From an uncultured bacterium (GTDB taxonomy: Bacteria > Desulfobacterota_D > UBA1144 > Nemesobacterales > UBA2774): a DNA stretch of 64,000 bases. The stretch covers positions 257,678 through 321,677 of the forward strand of contig CAVPJU010000001.1 in assembly GCA_963705505.1 (NCBI GenBank), written 5' to 3'. This document shows, one piece after another, positions 29,802 to 40,997 of this stretch. The notes beneath the pieces were generated by a model. It was not told the DNA's origin and ran no database searches. It saw only the letters and a program-made list of their open reading frames with translations. The position numbers and the translations under genes are program-made. How positions within the stretch are numbered: position 1 is the stretch's first letter; each line of letters begins with the position of its first letter.

Positions 29802-29927
29802 CCCTACCGGATATGAAATCACACCTCTGGATCCCGCCTTTATAAGCATGACTTCCCGATCGCAGGAATAACTGTGATTCCCGGTTTTAATTGAATTACC
29901 GTGCGGCGCGAGGGTGATAAACGTGCC

Positions 29928-31724
29928 TTATTTGTCCTTATTTTTGACATCGAGCTTTAGACCGAGCTCGAGGAGCTGGCCGGGTTCAACCGCAGACGGA
30001 GCCTCAGTAAGCGGGCATACTCCTTTTTGTGTCTTCGGGAACGCAATGACGTCTCTTATAGAATTCGCCCCTGTTATCAGCATTACTATCCTGTCGAGTC
30101 CTAGGGCTATACCTCCGTGGGGCGGTGCTCCGAATTCGAGAGCTTCGAGGAGGAACCCGAATTTCTCCTTCGCCTGCTCCGCGGTGAGCCCTATGGCGTG
30201 GAATATTTTCTCCTGAATGTCTTTCCTGTAGATCCTTATGCTCCCCCCGCCTATCTCGACACCGTTCAGAACCACATCGTATGCCCTCGACGCGACCTTG
30301 CCCGCCTCGTCGTCGAGGAGGTGTATGTCTTCCTCCCTGGGCGATGTGAACGGGTGGTGCATGGCGACATAGCGCTTCTCGTTGTGGTCGTAGTCGAGGA
30401 GCGGGAAGTCCTCCACCCAGAGGAAATCGAACCTCGCGTGGTCTATCATACCGAGCCTCTCCCCGAGCTCGAGTCTCAGGTGGGAAAGGACCATGTTTAC
30501 TATGTAGGGCGAATCGGCTCCGAAAAAAACAATGTCGCCGTCTTCGAGGGCGAGCCTCTGCTGCAACTCCTCTTTTTCCTTGTCGCTCAGGAATTTTATG
30601 ATCGGGGACTGCCATTCTCCTCCCGAAACACGGATCCAGGCGAGCCCCTTGGCTCCGAGCGATTTCGCGGTCTCCCCGAGGTCGTCTATTTCCTTTCTCG
30701 AAAGCTCGCCTGCTTTTCCCTTGAGCCTGAGCGCTTTTATGATCCCCCCCTTTTTAACCGCCCCGCTGAATACCTGAAAACCGGATTCCCTGAATATATT
30801 TGTCACGTCCTCGAGCTCGAGTCCGAACCTCGTATCCGGCTTGTCGGACCCGTATCTCAGCATCGCCTCTTCGTGCTTCATTCTTTTAAACGGCGTGGGG
30901 ATATCCATCCCTTTTGCTTCTTTGAAAATCGATTTGAGAATGCCCTCGACCACCGTCATAATGTCGTCCTCGTTCACGTACGACATTTCGAGGTCAACCT
31001 GTGTAAATTCAGGCTGCCGGTCGGCCCTCAGGTCTTCGTCCCGGAAACAGCGCACTATCTGGTAGTACCTGTCGAGCCCCGAGATCATGAGGGTCTGCTT
31101 CAGGAGCTGAGGCGACTGCGGGAGGGCATAGAATTCCCCGGGATTGAGCCTGCTCGGGACGAGGAAGTCTCTCGCCCCTTCGGGTGTCGATCTCGTCAGA
31201 TAAGGCGTCTCCACCTCGATAAACCCCTCCCCGTTGAGGTAGTTTCTCGTCGCCGAGACTACCTTGTGCCTTGTGATGATCTTATCCTTCATGTGCGGGC
31301 GTCTCAGGTCGAGGTACCTGTGTTTTAATCTGAGCAATTCATCGACCTTGATTTCGTTTTCGATAAGAAACGGCAGAGGCTTCGAAGTATTGAGGATTCT
31401 GAAATCAGCCGCTATGACCTCAATCTCTCCCGTCGGCAGATTCGGATTTATTGTTTCCGGGGAGCGGTTCGTAACTCTTCCCGAGACGGCGATGACCCAT
31501 TCGTCGCGGAGCGCAGAGGCTTTTTCGTGTATTTCCCTGTTAGTCTGCGGGTTGAAAACCACCTGTACCATCCCCTCTCTGTCCCTCATATCGACGAAGA
31601 TGACGCCGCCGTGGTCCCTGTTCGACTGGACCCAGCCCATGAGTATTACTTCCCTTCCGATATCTCCGGCCCGGAGGCTTCCGCAGTAGTCCGTCCTCTT
31701 CCAGTCCCCCATATGTTCGAGCAT
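29928..31724 (-). CDS. aspS: Aspartate--tRNA ligase
   Basis: [45 protein letters not shown]. Confidence 0.97.
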   Translation of the reverse strand: MLEHMGDWKRTDYCGSLRAGDIGREVILMGWVQSNRDHGGVIFVDMRDREGMVQVVFNPQTNREIHEKASALRDEWVIAVSGRVTNRSPETINPNLPTGEIEVIAADFRILNTSKPLPFLIENEIKVDELLRLKHRYLDLRRPHMKDKIITRHKVVSATRNYLNGEGFIEVETPYLTRSTPEGARDFLVPSRLNPGEFYALPQSPQLLKQTLMISGLDRYYQIVRCFRDEDLRADRQPEFTQVDLEMSYVNEDDIMTVVEGILKSIFKEAKGMDIPTPFKRMKHEEAMLRYGSDKPDTRFGLELEDVTNIFRESGFQVFSGAVKKGGIIKALRLKGKAGELSRKEIDDLGETAKSLGAKGLAWIRVSGGEWQSPIIKFLSDKEKEELQQRLALEDGDIVFFGADSPYIVNMVLSHLRLELGERLGMIDHARFDFLWVEDFPLLDYDHNEKRYVAMHHPFTSPREEDIHLLDDEAGKVASRAYDVVLNGVEIGGGSIRIYRKDIQEKIFHAIGLTAEQAKEKFGFLLEALEFGAPPHGGIALGLDRIVMLITGANSIRDVIAFPKTQKGVCPLTEAPSAVEPGQLLELGLKLDVKNKDK

Positions 31725-31950
31725 GAGAAAACTCCTTTAAAACTTATGTGCTGATAAAGACCAAAAATCTTAACCTTTGTTGAGGATTTGGCAAGACGGC
31801 GGGCCTGAGCCCCCGTTCCGGGAGAAGGTCCTGCTTATGAAGGCTCAATCGGGGTCTCTGGCTAAGATTGGTAATTATGTTTACAATTGTCGGGAGCAGC
31901 CTATGAATCAGGGGGCTTGGTATTAAAGATTTCCGGGACCCGACCAGAAG

Positions 31951-33441
31951 ATGACGAAGAATCAGCACAATAATCCGACGCCTGTTTATGACTTCATCAG
32001 AACTAACCTTCCGCTGATATTAATTTTCTTGGTGGCTCTATTCCTCAGAATCTATAGCCTCGGCAAGGAGAGCATGTGGCTTGACGAGGTATACACGGTT
32101 GAAATGTCCCGTCTGGGCCCGATACAGATTGTAAAAGAGATTATACGCCAGAATGAAAATCACCCTCCCTTATATTACGTGCTTATGCATTACTGGGTAA
32201 TGGTTTTTGGCGACAGAGAATTCGCTTCGAGGCTGTTGCCGGCTCTATCGGGATCGTTTTCAGTGCTTCTTATATATAAATTCGGGAAAGAGCTATTTAA
32301 TAAGAATACCGGCTTGCTGGCTGCATTGATTATGTCCGTATCTGTTTTTCAAATCGAATATTCCCAGGAGGCCCGCACCTATTCGCTGATCGTTTTCCTG
32401 ACGCTTCTAAGCAATTATTTCTTCCTGAGATTATTGAGCGTTCCTAAATTGAAATACGTATTGGGTTATATCCTGACGGGTGCTGTTCTCATATACGATC
32501 ATTATTATTGGGTGTTTTATATTGCGGCTCAGAATATTTATGTGTTCACGAAGCTAATTCTGGACCGGCGGCGGGAATGGCCCACATTTAAGCGATGGAT
32601 AGTCTTGCAATTAATTCTTGCCGTCGTTTCGCTGCCGGAGCTTATGATGTTAAGGGGAGCGGACGCGGTGCACGAAGGGTACTGGCTTGCAAGACCTAAC
32701 CTCTATACAATCAGAGGCACTGTTTTGCAATTCTCGGGTTCTATCCCGCTCTTGATTCTCTTTTTCGTTCTGTCTGTATATGCGGTGATAAGTGCCTTCG
32801 GGGCCAACTTTAAAGGAGGGCTCAAAGAGCCCGTAAGCCGTGCGAGCGGCATCTCTGAGGTATCGCCTTTTTCCAATAAAATAGACAGGCTCTACTTTTT
32901 AATCATTTTGCTGTTCACCCCGGTAATACTTCCTTTCATCGTCTCCCTGACTTTTAGCCCCGTCTATAATGTCCGCTATACGATAGGCGCCTCTTCGATC
33001 CTTTTTATACTGGTCGCGGCGGGAATCGATAATCTGAAATTTAAGAAACTTAAAGTCTTTGCCGTCGTTTTGATTGTTTGTCTCTCCCTCCTACAGGTTT
33101 ATCGGTATTATGAATCTGTAGATAAGCATCAGTGGAGAGAGGCAGTTCATTATATAGAGGAAAAGGCATCCCCCGGAGATTTAGTTATGGTCTATCCCGA
33201 TTTCGAGCTTAGGTCGCTGGAATATTATTTAAAGAGAAAGGATCTCAGGACAATGGCGCTGCCCGAAAAACCGAATCTCGATTTCGGTTTGAAAGGGGGG
33301 AAGATATGGGTTGTATCCTCATATCAGGGGGATCAATATAACGCGGTTAATGAGGGCATTCTGAAACAGCATAACGAGCTCCTGTCGGAAAAAGATTATA
33401 AGAAAATAAAGATATATCTTTTGACCGGGAAATCCGAATGA
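31951..33441 (+). CDS. GT-C fold glycosyltransferase (family 39/PMT_2-like), paralog 1
   Basis: ESMWLDE, HPPLYY, YSQEARTY, multiple TM helices. Confidence 0.85.
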   Translation: MTKNQHNNPTPVYDFIRTNLPLILIFLVALFLRIYSLGKESMWLDEVYTVEMSRLGPIQIVKEIIRQNENHPPLYYVLMHYWVMVFGDREFASRLLPALSGSFSVLLIYKFGKELFNKNTGLLAALIMSVSVFQIEYSQEARTYSLIVFLTLLSNYFFLRLLSVPKLKYVLGYILTGAVLIYDHYYWVFYIAAQNIYVFTKLILDRRREWPTFKRWIVLQLILAVVSLPELMMLRGADAVHEGYWLARPNLYTIRGTVLQFSGSIPLLILFFVLSVYAVISAFGANFKGGLKEPVSRASGISEVSPFSNKIDRLYFLIILLFTPVILPFIVSLTFSPVYNVRYTIGASSILFILVAAGIDNLKFKKLKVFAVVLIVCLSLLQVYRYYESVDKHQWREAVHYIEEKASPGDLVMVYPDFELRSLEYYLKRKDLRTMALPEKPNLDFGLKGGKIWVVSSYQGDQYNAVNEGILKQHNELLSEKDYKKIKIYLLTGKSE

Positions 33442-33546
33442 GGCCGGGAATCTCACGGATTCGGGTGAGCGCGCGCCTGATGCCCGGCATTATAAACTGA
33501 TACATATCGAGTTAGCTGCGGTTCTGAAGACCTGACTTGATCGATA

Positions 33547-35046
33547 ATGAGAATACGAATACCCTACGAACCGGCCTCCTCTCTCATAAGAAACAATCAG
33601 CTCTTATTATTTATATTCCTTCTAGGTATTTTCCTCCGGATTTACAGGCTCGGCGCTGAGAGCATATGGTTCGATGAGGCGGTCTCGGTGGCGGCCTCGA
33701 AGCTCGGGTTTCTCGAGCAAGTAAGATGGAACCTGACTGCGAGTGACAATAATCCGCCACTCTATTACGCTTTCCTTCGTGTCTGGGTTCTATTATTCGG
33801 CGACTCCGAATTCGCCGTAAGACTCCCCTCGGCTATTTTTGGATCGTTCAGCATATTGCTTATTTATACTGTCGGCAATCTGCTTTTTAATAAAAAAACC
33901 GGCATACTGGCCGCACTCATTCTGGCTTTTTCAGTATTTCATATCAGGTTCTCACAGGAAGCGAGGGCATACAGCATGGCTTCCCTTCTCACACTCCTTT
34001 CCTATTATTTCTTTTTAAAAATTTTGACCCGGCGAAATCGCATGGATTCAGCAGGCTATGTTATATCGAGCGTGCTCTTGATGTACGCTCACTACTACGG
34101 CCTGTTCATCGTTATGTCTCAAAGCATATACATGCTTCTGCTTTTTCTCATTCGAAGGCAATCAGGCGCGCCTGATTATAAGAATTGGATTAAGCTCCAG
34201 CTCTTATTGGGTTTATTATATATTCCCGGTCTCTACTTCCTGTACTGCCATTCGATAGGCATTAAGAAAGGGTTCTGGCTCTCTGCCCCGACATTAAAAG
34301 TGGTACTAGACTGCTTCGACTTATATACGGGCTCGACCGTTCTACTGGTTGTATTTTCACTTCTGTCTCTATATTCCGTGATCGTCGTCGGAGGCGTGAG
34401 TCTGAAGGGGCTTCCGGGAGGGATATTCGGACAGACGCCCGATAAGCCTTACCCGGGAGGGTTATCATATTCAAACGGAGTCGGTCTCCTTCTTCTCTGG
34501 TTGTTTATACCTATCGCTATCCCTTTTCTGATTTCACACATAACGACCCCGATATTCTTTTACAGATACACTATCGTGGGATCTCTGGGGTTTTATCTCC
34601 TGGCTGCAACAGGAACGGCCGAAACCAATGATAACAGGCTCATTATTCCCATAGCGGGATTGATACTGATTCTTTCCGCCATGAATGTTCTCGGATATTA
34701 TCAACACGTCGATAAACCCGAGTGGAGGGATGGCGTGAGCTATATAGAATCGAGCGCGCGGCCCGGGGATGTTATAGTTACATATCCCGATTACGAGACA
34801 GCCGCCGCCGCTTATTACTCTAAACGGGCTGATTTAAAGCTCATACCGCTCACTGATGAGTTTCTCACTGAGCCGGGTAAAGACGATAGAGAATACTGGC
34901 TTGTTATGTGCGACCGGTGGAAGGACAATATCGGCAACACCAGGGGGCTCATCGAAGGCAAGCTCGGGGAAAAGTATGACGTGTTGAGCAAGAAAGACTA
35001 TGAATATCTTTACATATATCGTCTTAAGCAAAAACAGGGGAAATAG
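33547..35046 (+). CDS. GT-C fold glycosyltransferase, paralog 2
   Basis: ESIWFDE, NPPLYY, FSQEARAY. Confidence 0.85.
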   Translation: MRIRIPYEPASSLIRNNQLLLFIFLLGIFLRIYRLGAESIWFDEAVSVAASKLGFLEQVRWNLTASDNNPPLYYAFLRVWVLLFGDSEFAVRLPSAIFGSFSILLIYTVGNLLFNKKTGILAALILAFSVFHIRFSQEARAYSMASLLTLLSYYFFLKILTRRNRMDSAGYVISSVLLMYAHYYGLFIVMSQSIYMLLLFLIRRQSGAPDYKNWIKLQLLLGLLYIPGLYFLYCHSIGIKKGFWLSAPTLKVVLDCFDLYTGSTVLLVVFSLLSLYSVIVVGGVSLKGLPGGIFGQTPDKPYPGGLSYSNGVGLLLLWLFIPIAIPFLISHITTPIFFYRYTIVGSLGFYLLAATGTAETNDNRLIIPIAGLILILSAMNVLGYYQHVDKPEWRDGVSYIESSARPGDVIVTYPDYETAAAAYYSKRADLKLIPLTDEFLTEPGKDDREYWLVMCDRWKDNIGNTRGLIEGKLGEKYDVLSKKDYEYLYIYRLKQKQGK

Positions 35047-35090
35047 GCAAGAGCGTAAATAAATTTTGATTCTACGGGGTGATCGGCTTC

Positions 35091-35987
35091 ATGGCGAACG
35101 AAGATAAGTTTCGGTCGGGTTTCATAACGGTTATAGGCAGGCCCAACGTGGGCAAGTCAACATTGATCAACGCGGTTACAGGTCAGAAAATAGCGGCCGT
35201 ATCGGACAAGCCCAATACCACGAGGAACAGGATTCTCGGTATCAGGACGCTACCGGATGCTCAGCTCGTATTCATAGATACTCCCGGAATACACAAGGCC
35301 CGGGGAAAGCTCGGCAAAGCGATGGTGCACACGGCAATGTCGGCGATCGAAGAGGCGGACGTGATTTTGATGATGATCGAGGTGAAGGACCCTTTCGGCA
35401 AAGGGGACAGCTTTATTATCGGGAATCTCCCGAAGCCCTCAATTTTGGTCATAAACAAGATCGATACGGTGAGGAAGGGCGAGATACTGGGCGTTATCGA
35501 CGAATCGAGGCGGTTCGAGGGGAAGTTTCTCGAAGTGATCCCCGTATCCGCGATGAAAGCGGACGGGATCGACGACCTCCTGGCTACGATCGTAAGATAC
35601 CTGCCCGAGGGCCCCAAATATTTCCCCGAAGACATGATAACGGACCAGCCCGAAAGGTTCCTGGCCGCCGAGTTCATAAGAGAAAAAATATTCCAGCTCA
35701 CCAAACAGGAGATTCCCTATAAGACTGCGGTCGTGATCGAGGAATTTAAGGACGTCCCCGAGAAGAAGCTCGTCAGAATCTCGGCCGTCATATACGTCGA
35801 GAGGAGTAACCATAAGGGGATTATAATAGGAAAAAGGGGGGAGATGCTGAAGGAGATAGGGAGCCTTGCGCGGCAGGATATCGAAAGGGTCCTCGGGGCA
35901 AAGGTATTCCTCGAGCTATGGGTGAAGGTGAGCGAGAGGTGGACGGAGAGGGAGAATCTCATAAGAGATTTCGGGTACGGGACCTGA
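35091..35987 (+). CDS. era: GTPase Era
   Basis: GRPNVGKS, TTR, DTPG, NKID, KH domain GIIIGKRG. Confidence 0.96.
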   Translation: MANEDKFRSGFITVIGRPNVGKSTLINAVTGQKIAAVSDKPNTTRNRILGIRTLPDAQLVFIDTPGIHKARGKLGKAMVHTAMSAIEEADVILMMIEVKDPFGKGDSFIIGNLPKPSILVINKIDTVRKGEILGVIDESRRFEGKFLEVIPVSAMKADGIDDLLATIVRYLPEGPKYFPEDMITDQPERFLAAEFIREKIFQLTKQEIPYKTAVVIEEFKDVPEKKLVRISAVIYVERSNHKGIIIGKRGEMLKEIGSLARQDIERVLGAKVFLELWVKVSERWTERENLIRDFGYGT

Positions 35988-36098
35988 GACCGACGGATAG
36001 TTAGAGCCCCGGGAATATTGAACGAACTGCGAATATTGAGCCGCTAAAAAAACCGCGGGAAACCGGAGTCAGCGGGTCCGAGACGGCGCATACAGCGT

Positions 36099-37562
36099 AT
36101 GAAGAAAGAACCGATCCTGAAGTTTTTTAAAGACAATTACCTCATAATACTGATTTTTCTTCTGGGCATCATCCCGAGGTTTTATAACCTCGGCAGGGAA
36201 AGTATCTGGTACGATGAAGCGGTTTCTGTAGCGGCTTCGAAGCTCGGGTTTATCGAACAGATAAAATGGGTCTTCACTAATACCGGAGAGACCAATCCGC
36301 CTTTTTATTATATGGTCCTCCATGCATGGATCCCTGTTTTCGGAGATTCCGAATCTATTTCCAGGATACCGTCTGCTTTTTTCGGTTCGTTATCTGTTTT
36401 GGCTATTTATGCATTCGGAAAACTGCTCTTTAATAAAAGAGCGGGACTCATTGCCGCGCTCATTCTGGCCGCTTCTGTTTTTCACATCAAATATGCTCAG
36501 GAGGCAAGGGGCTACACCCTTATGGTGTGCCTCATCCTCGTTTCTTATTATTCTCTCCTGAAACTAACGGCTGGAAGGAAAATGACGTATTCGGTCATTT
36601 ATGTCGTTTCGAGCATGCTGCTGGTCTACACCCATTATTACGGACTGCTGATTCTTTTGGCCCAGAACATCTTTTGTTTCTCTCTCTTTCTGAAAAATAA
36701 AATGATAGGCAAGCTCGGTTTAGGCAGGTGGTTCAAACTCCAGGTAATAACGGGTCTATTGATACTGCCCGCCATCATACTCCTGGCAGTCATAACCCTT
36801 AAGATTCAAAAGGGGTTCTGGATACCGGAGCCTGATTCAGAGCAAATTTTTGAGTATTTCATCATATACGCCGGTTCGATCTATCTCCTGATTTTGTTTG
36901 CGGCTTTTTCGGTTTATTCCGCTATCAGCGTAAGAAAAACAAGAAATCCCAAGGGGCTCTCTAATTCTCCTAAAGATTATCCGGATGATCCCGGCTTATC
37001 GGAAGGGGGGAGATTGTATATGCTTCTTCTCCTGCTGATCGTGCCTATACTGATACCGTACCTGGTCTCACTCGTTTCATCCCCGGTACTGATATTCCGC
37101 TATACCATCGGAGCTTCGCTTGCCTTCTATTTGCTCGCCTCAAAGGGAATCAGCAATTTAAAGAATATATGGCTACTTCGCTCTGCCGCCGCTTTAATAA
37201 TTGTTCTTTCCCTTTTTAATATAAATTTTTATTTCAGCCACGTCGGAAAGCATCAGTGGAGAGAAGTAATGAGCGAGATAGAAGCCCGCTCTGGATATGG
37301 GGATGTACTAGTGGTCTTCCCTCCCCGCGAAGAAATAACGGCGGAGTATTATTCTCACAGAAAAGATTTGAGAATTATTCCGATGAAGGATAAATTTCCG
37401 TCATTAGAGGATTTGGGTGACAAAAACGTATGGTTTGTCATTCACGCCCATCCTTTGAACAGAGAGCGTACGAGAGAGGGACTCGGCGGGCGGTACGATT
37501 TGATATCGGAAAAGCATTTCGTCAAACTCGACCTGTTCCAGTTCAGGAAGAAAGGAAATTAA
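36099..37562 (+). CDS. GT-C fold glycosyltransferase, paralog 3
   Basis: ESIWYDE, NPPFYY, YAQEARGY. Confidence 0.85.
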   Translation: MKKEPILKFFKDNYLIILIFLLGIIPRFYNLGRESIWYDEAVSVAASKLGFIEQIKWVFTNTGETNPPFYYMVLHAWIPVFGDSESISRIPSAFFGSLSVLAIYAFGKLLFNKRAGLIAALILAASVFHIKYAQEARGYTLMVCLILVSYYSLLKLTAGRKMTYSVIYVVSSMLLVYTHYYGLLILLAQNIFCFSLFLKNKMIGKLGLGRWFKLQVITGLLILPAIILLAVITLKIQKGFWIPEPDSEQIFEYFIIYAGSIYLLILFAAFSVYSAISVRKTRNPKGLSNSPKDYPDDPGLSEGGRLYMLLLLLIVPILIPYLVSLVSSPVLIFRYTIGASLAFYLLASKGISNLKNIWLLRSAAALIIVLSLFNINFYFSHVGKHQWREVMSEIEARSGYGDVLVVFPPREEITAEYYSHRKDLRIIPMKDKFPSLEDLGDKNVWFVIHAHPLNRERTREGLGGRYDLISEKHFVKLDLFQFRKKGN

Positions 37563-37597
37563 CGTTATGTACGTCCGCTCTATCGGTCTTTTTCTTT

Positions 37598-38389
37598 CTA
37601 TTTGCCCTTGAAAACCGGCTTCCTCTTCTCGGCAAAGGACCTCTGTCCCTCTTTGTAGTCCTCGCTCTCCTGTACGGTCAGAGTCAGTTTTTTTAAGAGC
37701 TCTTCGTCTTCCGCGCTGATTTCCTGATTCCTCTGCCATATGTTTGCCATCTCCTTTAAAGCTTTCAGGGAGAGGGGGGCGTTTTCCGTTATTTCCTTGG
37801 CCATATCGGATGTGAATTTTTCAAGCTCTGAGGCGGGCACGACGAAGTTGACGAGTCCAATCCCCTCAGCCCTATGTGAGTCGATAGGTCTCCCGGTCAG
37901 GAACAGCTCTTTGGTATAGCCCGGCCCTATCAGGTTAAGGAACCTCTTGACGCCTCTATACGAATAAACGACCCCGAGTTTTGCGGGGGGCATTCCGAAA
38001 AGGCAGTTATCGACGGCGATTCTGATGTCGCATGTGGCGGCGATTTCGAGTCCCGCCCCGAAGGCGTGCCCGTTCATCATCGCAATCACGGGATAGGGAA
38101 AATTCTCTATTGCTTTCACCGCCTTAGGGAGGGGGTTGTCTCCCGCGTGGTTTCTTATCATGTCGTCTTTGCCGATCGAGCTGATGTCGTAGCCCGACGA
38201 AAAAGCCGTTTCTCCGGCCCCTCTTATGACGACACACCTGGTCTTATCTTCTTCCTTCAACCTCTCAAGGATCGACCTGAGATCGAGGAGCATCCCGGGG
38301 GAGAGGAGGTTCCTCTTTTCGGGCCTGTTGAATATTATCTTCGAAACCCCGCCCCCTTCCTCTACTATCAGCTCCTTTTTTTCAGGCAT
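37598..38389 (-). CDS. Enoyl-CoA hydratase/isomerase family protein
   Basis: FNRPEKRN, AFSSGYDI, GHAFGAG, EGQRSFAEKRKPVFKG. Confidence 0.9.
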   Translation of the reverse strand: MPEKKELIVEEGGGVSKIIFNRPEKRNLLSPGMLLDLRSILERLKEEDKTRCVVIRGAGETAFSSGYDISSIGKDDMIRNHAGDNPLPKAVKAIENFPYPVIAMMNGHAFGAGLEIAATCDIRIAVDNCLFGMPPAKLGVVYSYRGVKRFLNLIGPGYTKELFLTGRPIDSHRAEGIGLVNFVVPASELEKFTSDMAKEITENAPLSLKALKEMANIWQRNQEISAEDEELLKKLTLTVQESEDYKEGQRSFAEKRKPVFKGK

Positions 38390-38542
38390 AACGGCCTCCG
38401 GGCTCAATAAACAGGATTAACAATCTAGTATCGACACGCGGTCCGCTTTGTCAAATTCCTGGGCGGGATTCAAAAGCGGGCTGGAGCAATTTGCAAATTT
38501 TGGTTATTATTAATAACTTATTAAGTCTAGGGGAGCTATAAC

Positions 38543-39046
38543 ATGCCATTATTCGAATATGAATGCGACAAGTGTATCGACAGGTATAACAAGGATATAG
38601 ACGCTTTGGTCGCCAAGCTCAATAAGACCAATGCGGCAAAGATACAAAAAGAGAATCCGGGTTTTCTCTATATAGAAGTCAAGGACGGCGATAAGAGTAA
38701 ATTGCTTTTCGCAATCGGGGATAAGAGCAAGAGCCGGAGTGTAAAAAGGTTCCGTTACACGCTCGATAAAAATAAAATACTTTACCTCGAGCTCAGGAAT
38801 TTCAGGTTCAGCTCGCTCGTCTACGAAAAAGAGGAAGAGAAAGACCTGACCTGCCCGATTTGCGGGGCAAAAGGAGTCCGCAGGGTTTTTTCGACATTCA
38901 AGGCGATTTTCGACGACAAGAGCAAGAGGGCGCCCGGTCCGCGTGACGAGCTCAGATGGCATTTTGAGTATAAAGAGCAGAAAGACGAAGAAATGCGGAA
39001 CAACTGGGTGGGCCAGGAGCACCTGAATCAGTATTTCAACAGATAA
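38543..39046 (+). CDS. FmdB-like zinc-ribbon protein with large insertion, paralog A
   Basis: MPLFEYECDKC ... TCPICGAKGVRRVFS. Confidence 0.75.
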   Translation: MPLFEYECDKCIDRYNKDIDALVAKLNKTNAAKIQKENPGFLYIEVKDGDKSKLLFAIGDKSKSRSVKRFRYTLDKNKILYLELRNFRFSSLVYEKEEEKDLTCPICGAKGVRRVFSTFKAIFDDKSKRAPGPRDELRWHFEYKEQKDEEMRNNWVGQEHLNQYFNR

Positions 39047-39069
39047 AATAAACAGAGAGAGGGAATTAA

Positions 39070-39555
39070 ATGCCGCTTTACGAGTATGAATGCATTCCGT
39101 GCAGAAAAAACGTGGAAGACTCCTTAAAGGCGCTTCAGAAAGGGGTTACGAAGAAGGTGGTTTCGGATCTGGTAAAAAAGCATGACAACATAAACCATAT
39201 CGGGGTGCTCGATCTTGAGAAGGAAGAGGTTTTAGCCGAGCATGGGAAGCGTGACAGGGACGCTGCGGATTTGAATTTTTATCTCAATGACGGCTCCACC
39301 CTTGTCTTGATTAACTTAAAAAGAAATTACCGCTTCTCCGAGCTCATATATGAGCCGGGGGATGAGAAAAAGCTCAAATGTCCCTACTGCGGGACAAAAA
39401 AAGTCGAAAAAGTCGTGTCGAGCTTCGCCTTTACGAGCGATCTTTCGACGAACATGCCTAAACCCGATTTGGGGAACCTACCCCCGTCGGTCAGGAACAG
39501 GACTTTCCTAGGCGAATATATAGAAGAAAAAGACAGGCCCAAGAAAAACCGCTGA
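39070..39555 (+). CDS. FmdB-like zinc-ribbon protein with large insertion, paralog B
   Basis: MPLYEYECIPC ... KCPYCGTKKVEKVVS. Confidence 0.75.
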   Translation: MPLYEYECIPCRKNVEDSLKALQKGVTKKVVSDLVKKHDNINHIGVLDLEKEEVLAEHGKRDRDAADLNFYLNDGSTLVLINLKRNYRFSELIYEPGDEKKLKCPYCGTKKVEKVVSSFAFTSDLSTNMPKPDLGNLPPSVRNRTFLGEYIEEKDRPKKNR

Positions 39556-39748
39556 TGGCTTGTTGAATTTTGGTTAGAATCACTTTAGGTGATTATAGGG
39601 CCTCCCCTTTCAGTGAGAAATTACCCCCGCTCCGTCCGAAAAGGTATTTGACCTTTTTATCTCGGACAACAGTCCTGACGTAATGGATGGTTGGCGGAGC
39701 TATCGGGCGGAAATGCTTCCAAGTCTCTATCCCTAGGAACCGGTGTGG

Positions 39749-40417
39749 TTACTTATCGTTGTTTCGGTATGACTCCTTGGGTTTTCCGAACCTTCTGCCA
39801 AGCTCCTGATAGATATCTTCCGGGGTTATACCGAAATAAGATAGCGCTATAAGCGAGTGAAACCAGAGGTCGGCCGTTTCGTATATTATTTCCTGCCTGT
39901 CTCCGTTCTTGGCTCCGATTATAGTTTCTCCCGCCTCTTCGCCGACCTTTTTCAGGATTTTATCCAGACCTTTTTCGAATAGCCCGCTTACATAAGAACC
40001 CTCGCGGGGGTTTCTCTTCCTGTCCTCGATTACGCTGAAGACTTCTTCCGGTGTCTTCCCCCGGTTCTCGCTGCCGAATGACGGCGAGCTCTTTTCGCTT
40101 CCGTCGACGGAGGTAAAGAAGCAGCTTCTCCTGCCCGTGTGGCAGGCCACCCCCTTCTGTTCAACGAGTATGAGAACGGTGTCGTTGTCGCAGTCGAAAA
40201 AAATGTCCCTCACGTCCTGCACGTTTCCCGACTCCTCCCCCTTCAACCAGAGCTTCCTTCTCGATCTGCTCCAGAAATGAGTTCTTCTCGTCTCGATCGT
40301 CTTCTTCAGGGACTCGATATTCGCATACGCGAACATAAGCACCTGACCGTTCTCCGCATCCTGAACGATAACGGGAACGAGCCCGTTCTCATCGTACTTG
40401 ATTTCTTCCAGGTTCAT
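39749..40417 (-). CDS. hisIE: Phosphoribosyl-AMP cyclohydrolase / phosphoribosyl-ATP pyrophosphatase
   Basis: FWSRSR, KGEESG, DCDND, ACHTG, KKVGEE. Confidence 0.96.
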   Translation of the reverse strand: MNLEEIKYDENGLVPVIVQDAENGQVLMFAYANIESLKKTIETRRTHFWSRSRRKLWLKGEESGNVQDVRDIFFDCDNDTVLILVEQKGVACHTGRRSCFFTSVDGSEKSSPSFGSENRGKTPEEVFSVIEDRKRNPREGSYVSGLFEKGLDKILKKVGEEAGETIIGAKNGDRQEIIYETADLWFHSLIALSYFGITPEDIYQELGRRFGKPKESYRNNDK

Positions 40418-40556
40418 ATAATTTCCTCCGACCCGTTAATTTTAACCAAATATCGCTTAAATTCCGAGGGTTAATGACAGGTGCGCTTTACATCCCCGTT
40501 TTGATTACTTATATTATATGCACTAATCAGATGTTTCATTCGGGGGGTAATTCCTT

Positions 40557-40766
40557 ATGGCGCGAGTAACTATTGAAGATTGCCTTGAGAAGGTTGTAAA
40601 CAGATTTGCGCTCTCGGTGGCTGCCATGAAAAGGGCGAAGCTGCTCGTCAAGGGTGCGGCCCCGCTTTCGGAAGAGACCGATAACAAGGACGTCGTGACG
40701 GCGCTCAGGGAAATTGCTGAAGAGAAAGTAAAGGTCATTTACCCAGTCGGTCAGGATGAATATTAA
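40557..40766 (+). CDS. rpoZ: RNA polymerase omega subunit
   Basis: [10 protein letters not shown]...NRF...KRAK...ALREIA. Confidence 0.95.
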   Translation: MARVTIEDCLEKVVNRFALSVAAMKRAKLLVKGAAPLSEETDNKDVVTALREIAEEKVKVIYPVGQDEY

Positions 40767-40997
40767 CATCCTCCGATTTTAGCTCTATCCGCTTCGAATC
40801 CTAAACAGTAAGCTTCAGGCCCGCATTTTTTGCCGATCTGGAAAATGCGGCCGGGATTGTCCGTCTTACTCCCCCGCCGCTCGTTTTCATTCCCGTTTCC
40901 CCTCATTGATATTGCCGCCCACCCAATGATAGGATATGTTTTCAATCTCGGCATTGGAGAATATTCCCGAATAATCTCGTTGCCTTAAACGGAGAGC

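Noticed and set aside
29806..29886. Imperfect inverted repeat with REP-like CTGGATCCCGCC between convergent genes
   Set aside because: Single degenerate copy in the window; cannot be distinguished from a terminator
30117..31328. Long antisense ORFs over aspS, sucA/sucB, glmS and others
   Set aside because: Shadow ORFs of GC-rich coding strands with no recognisable motifs
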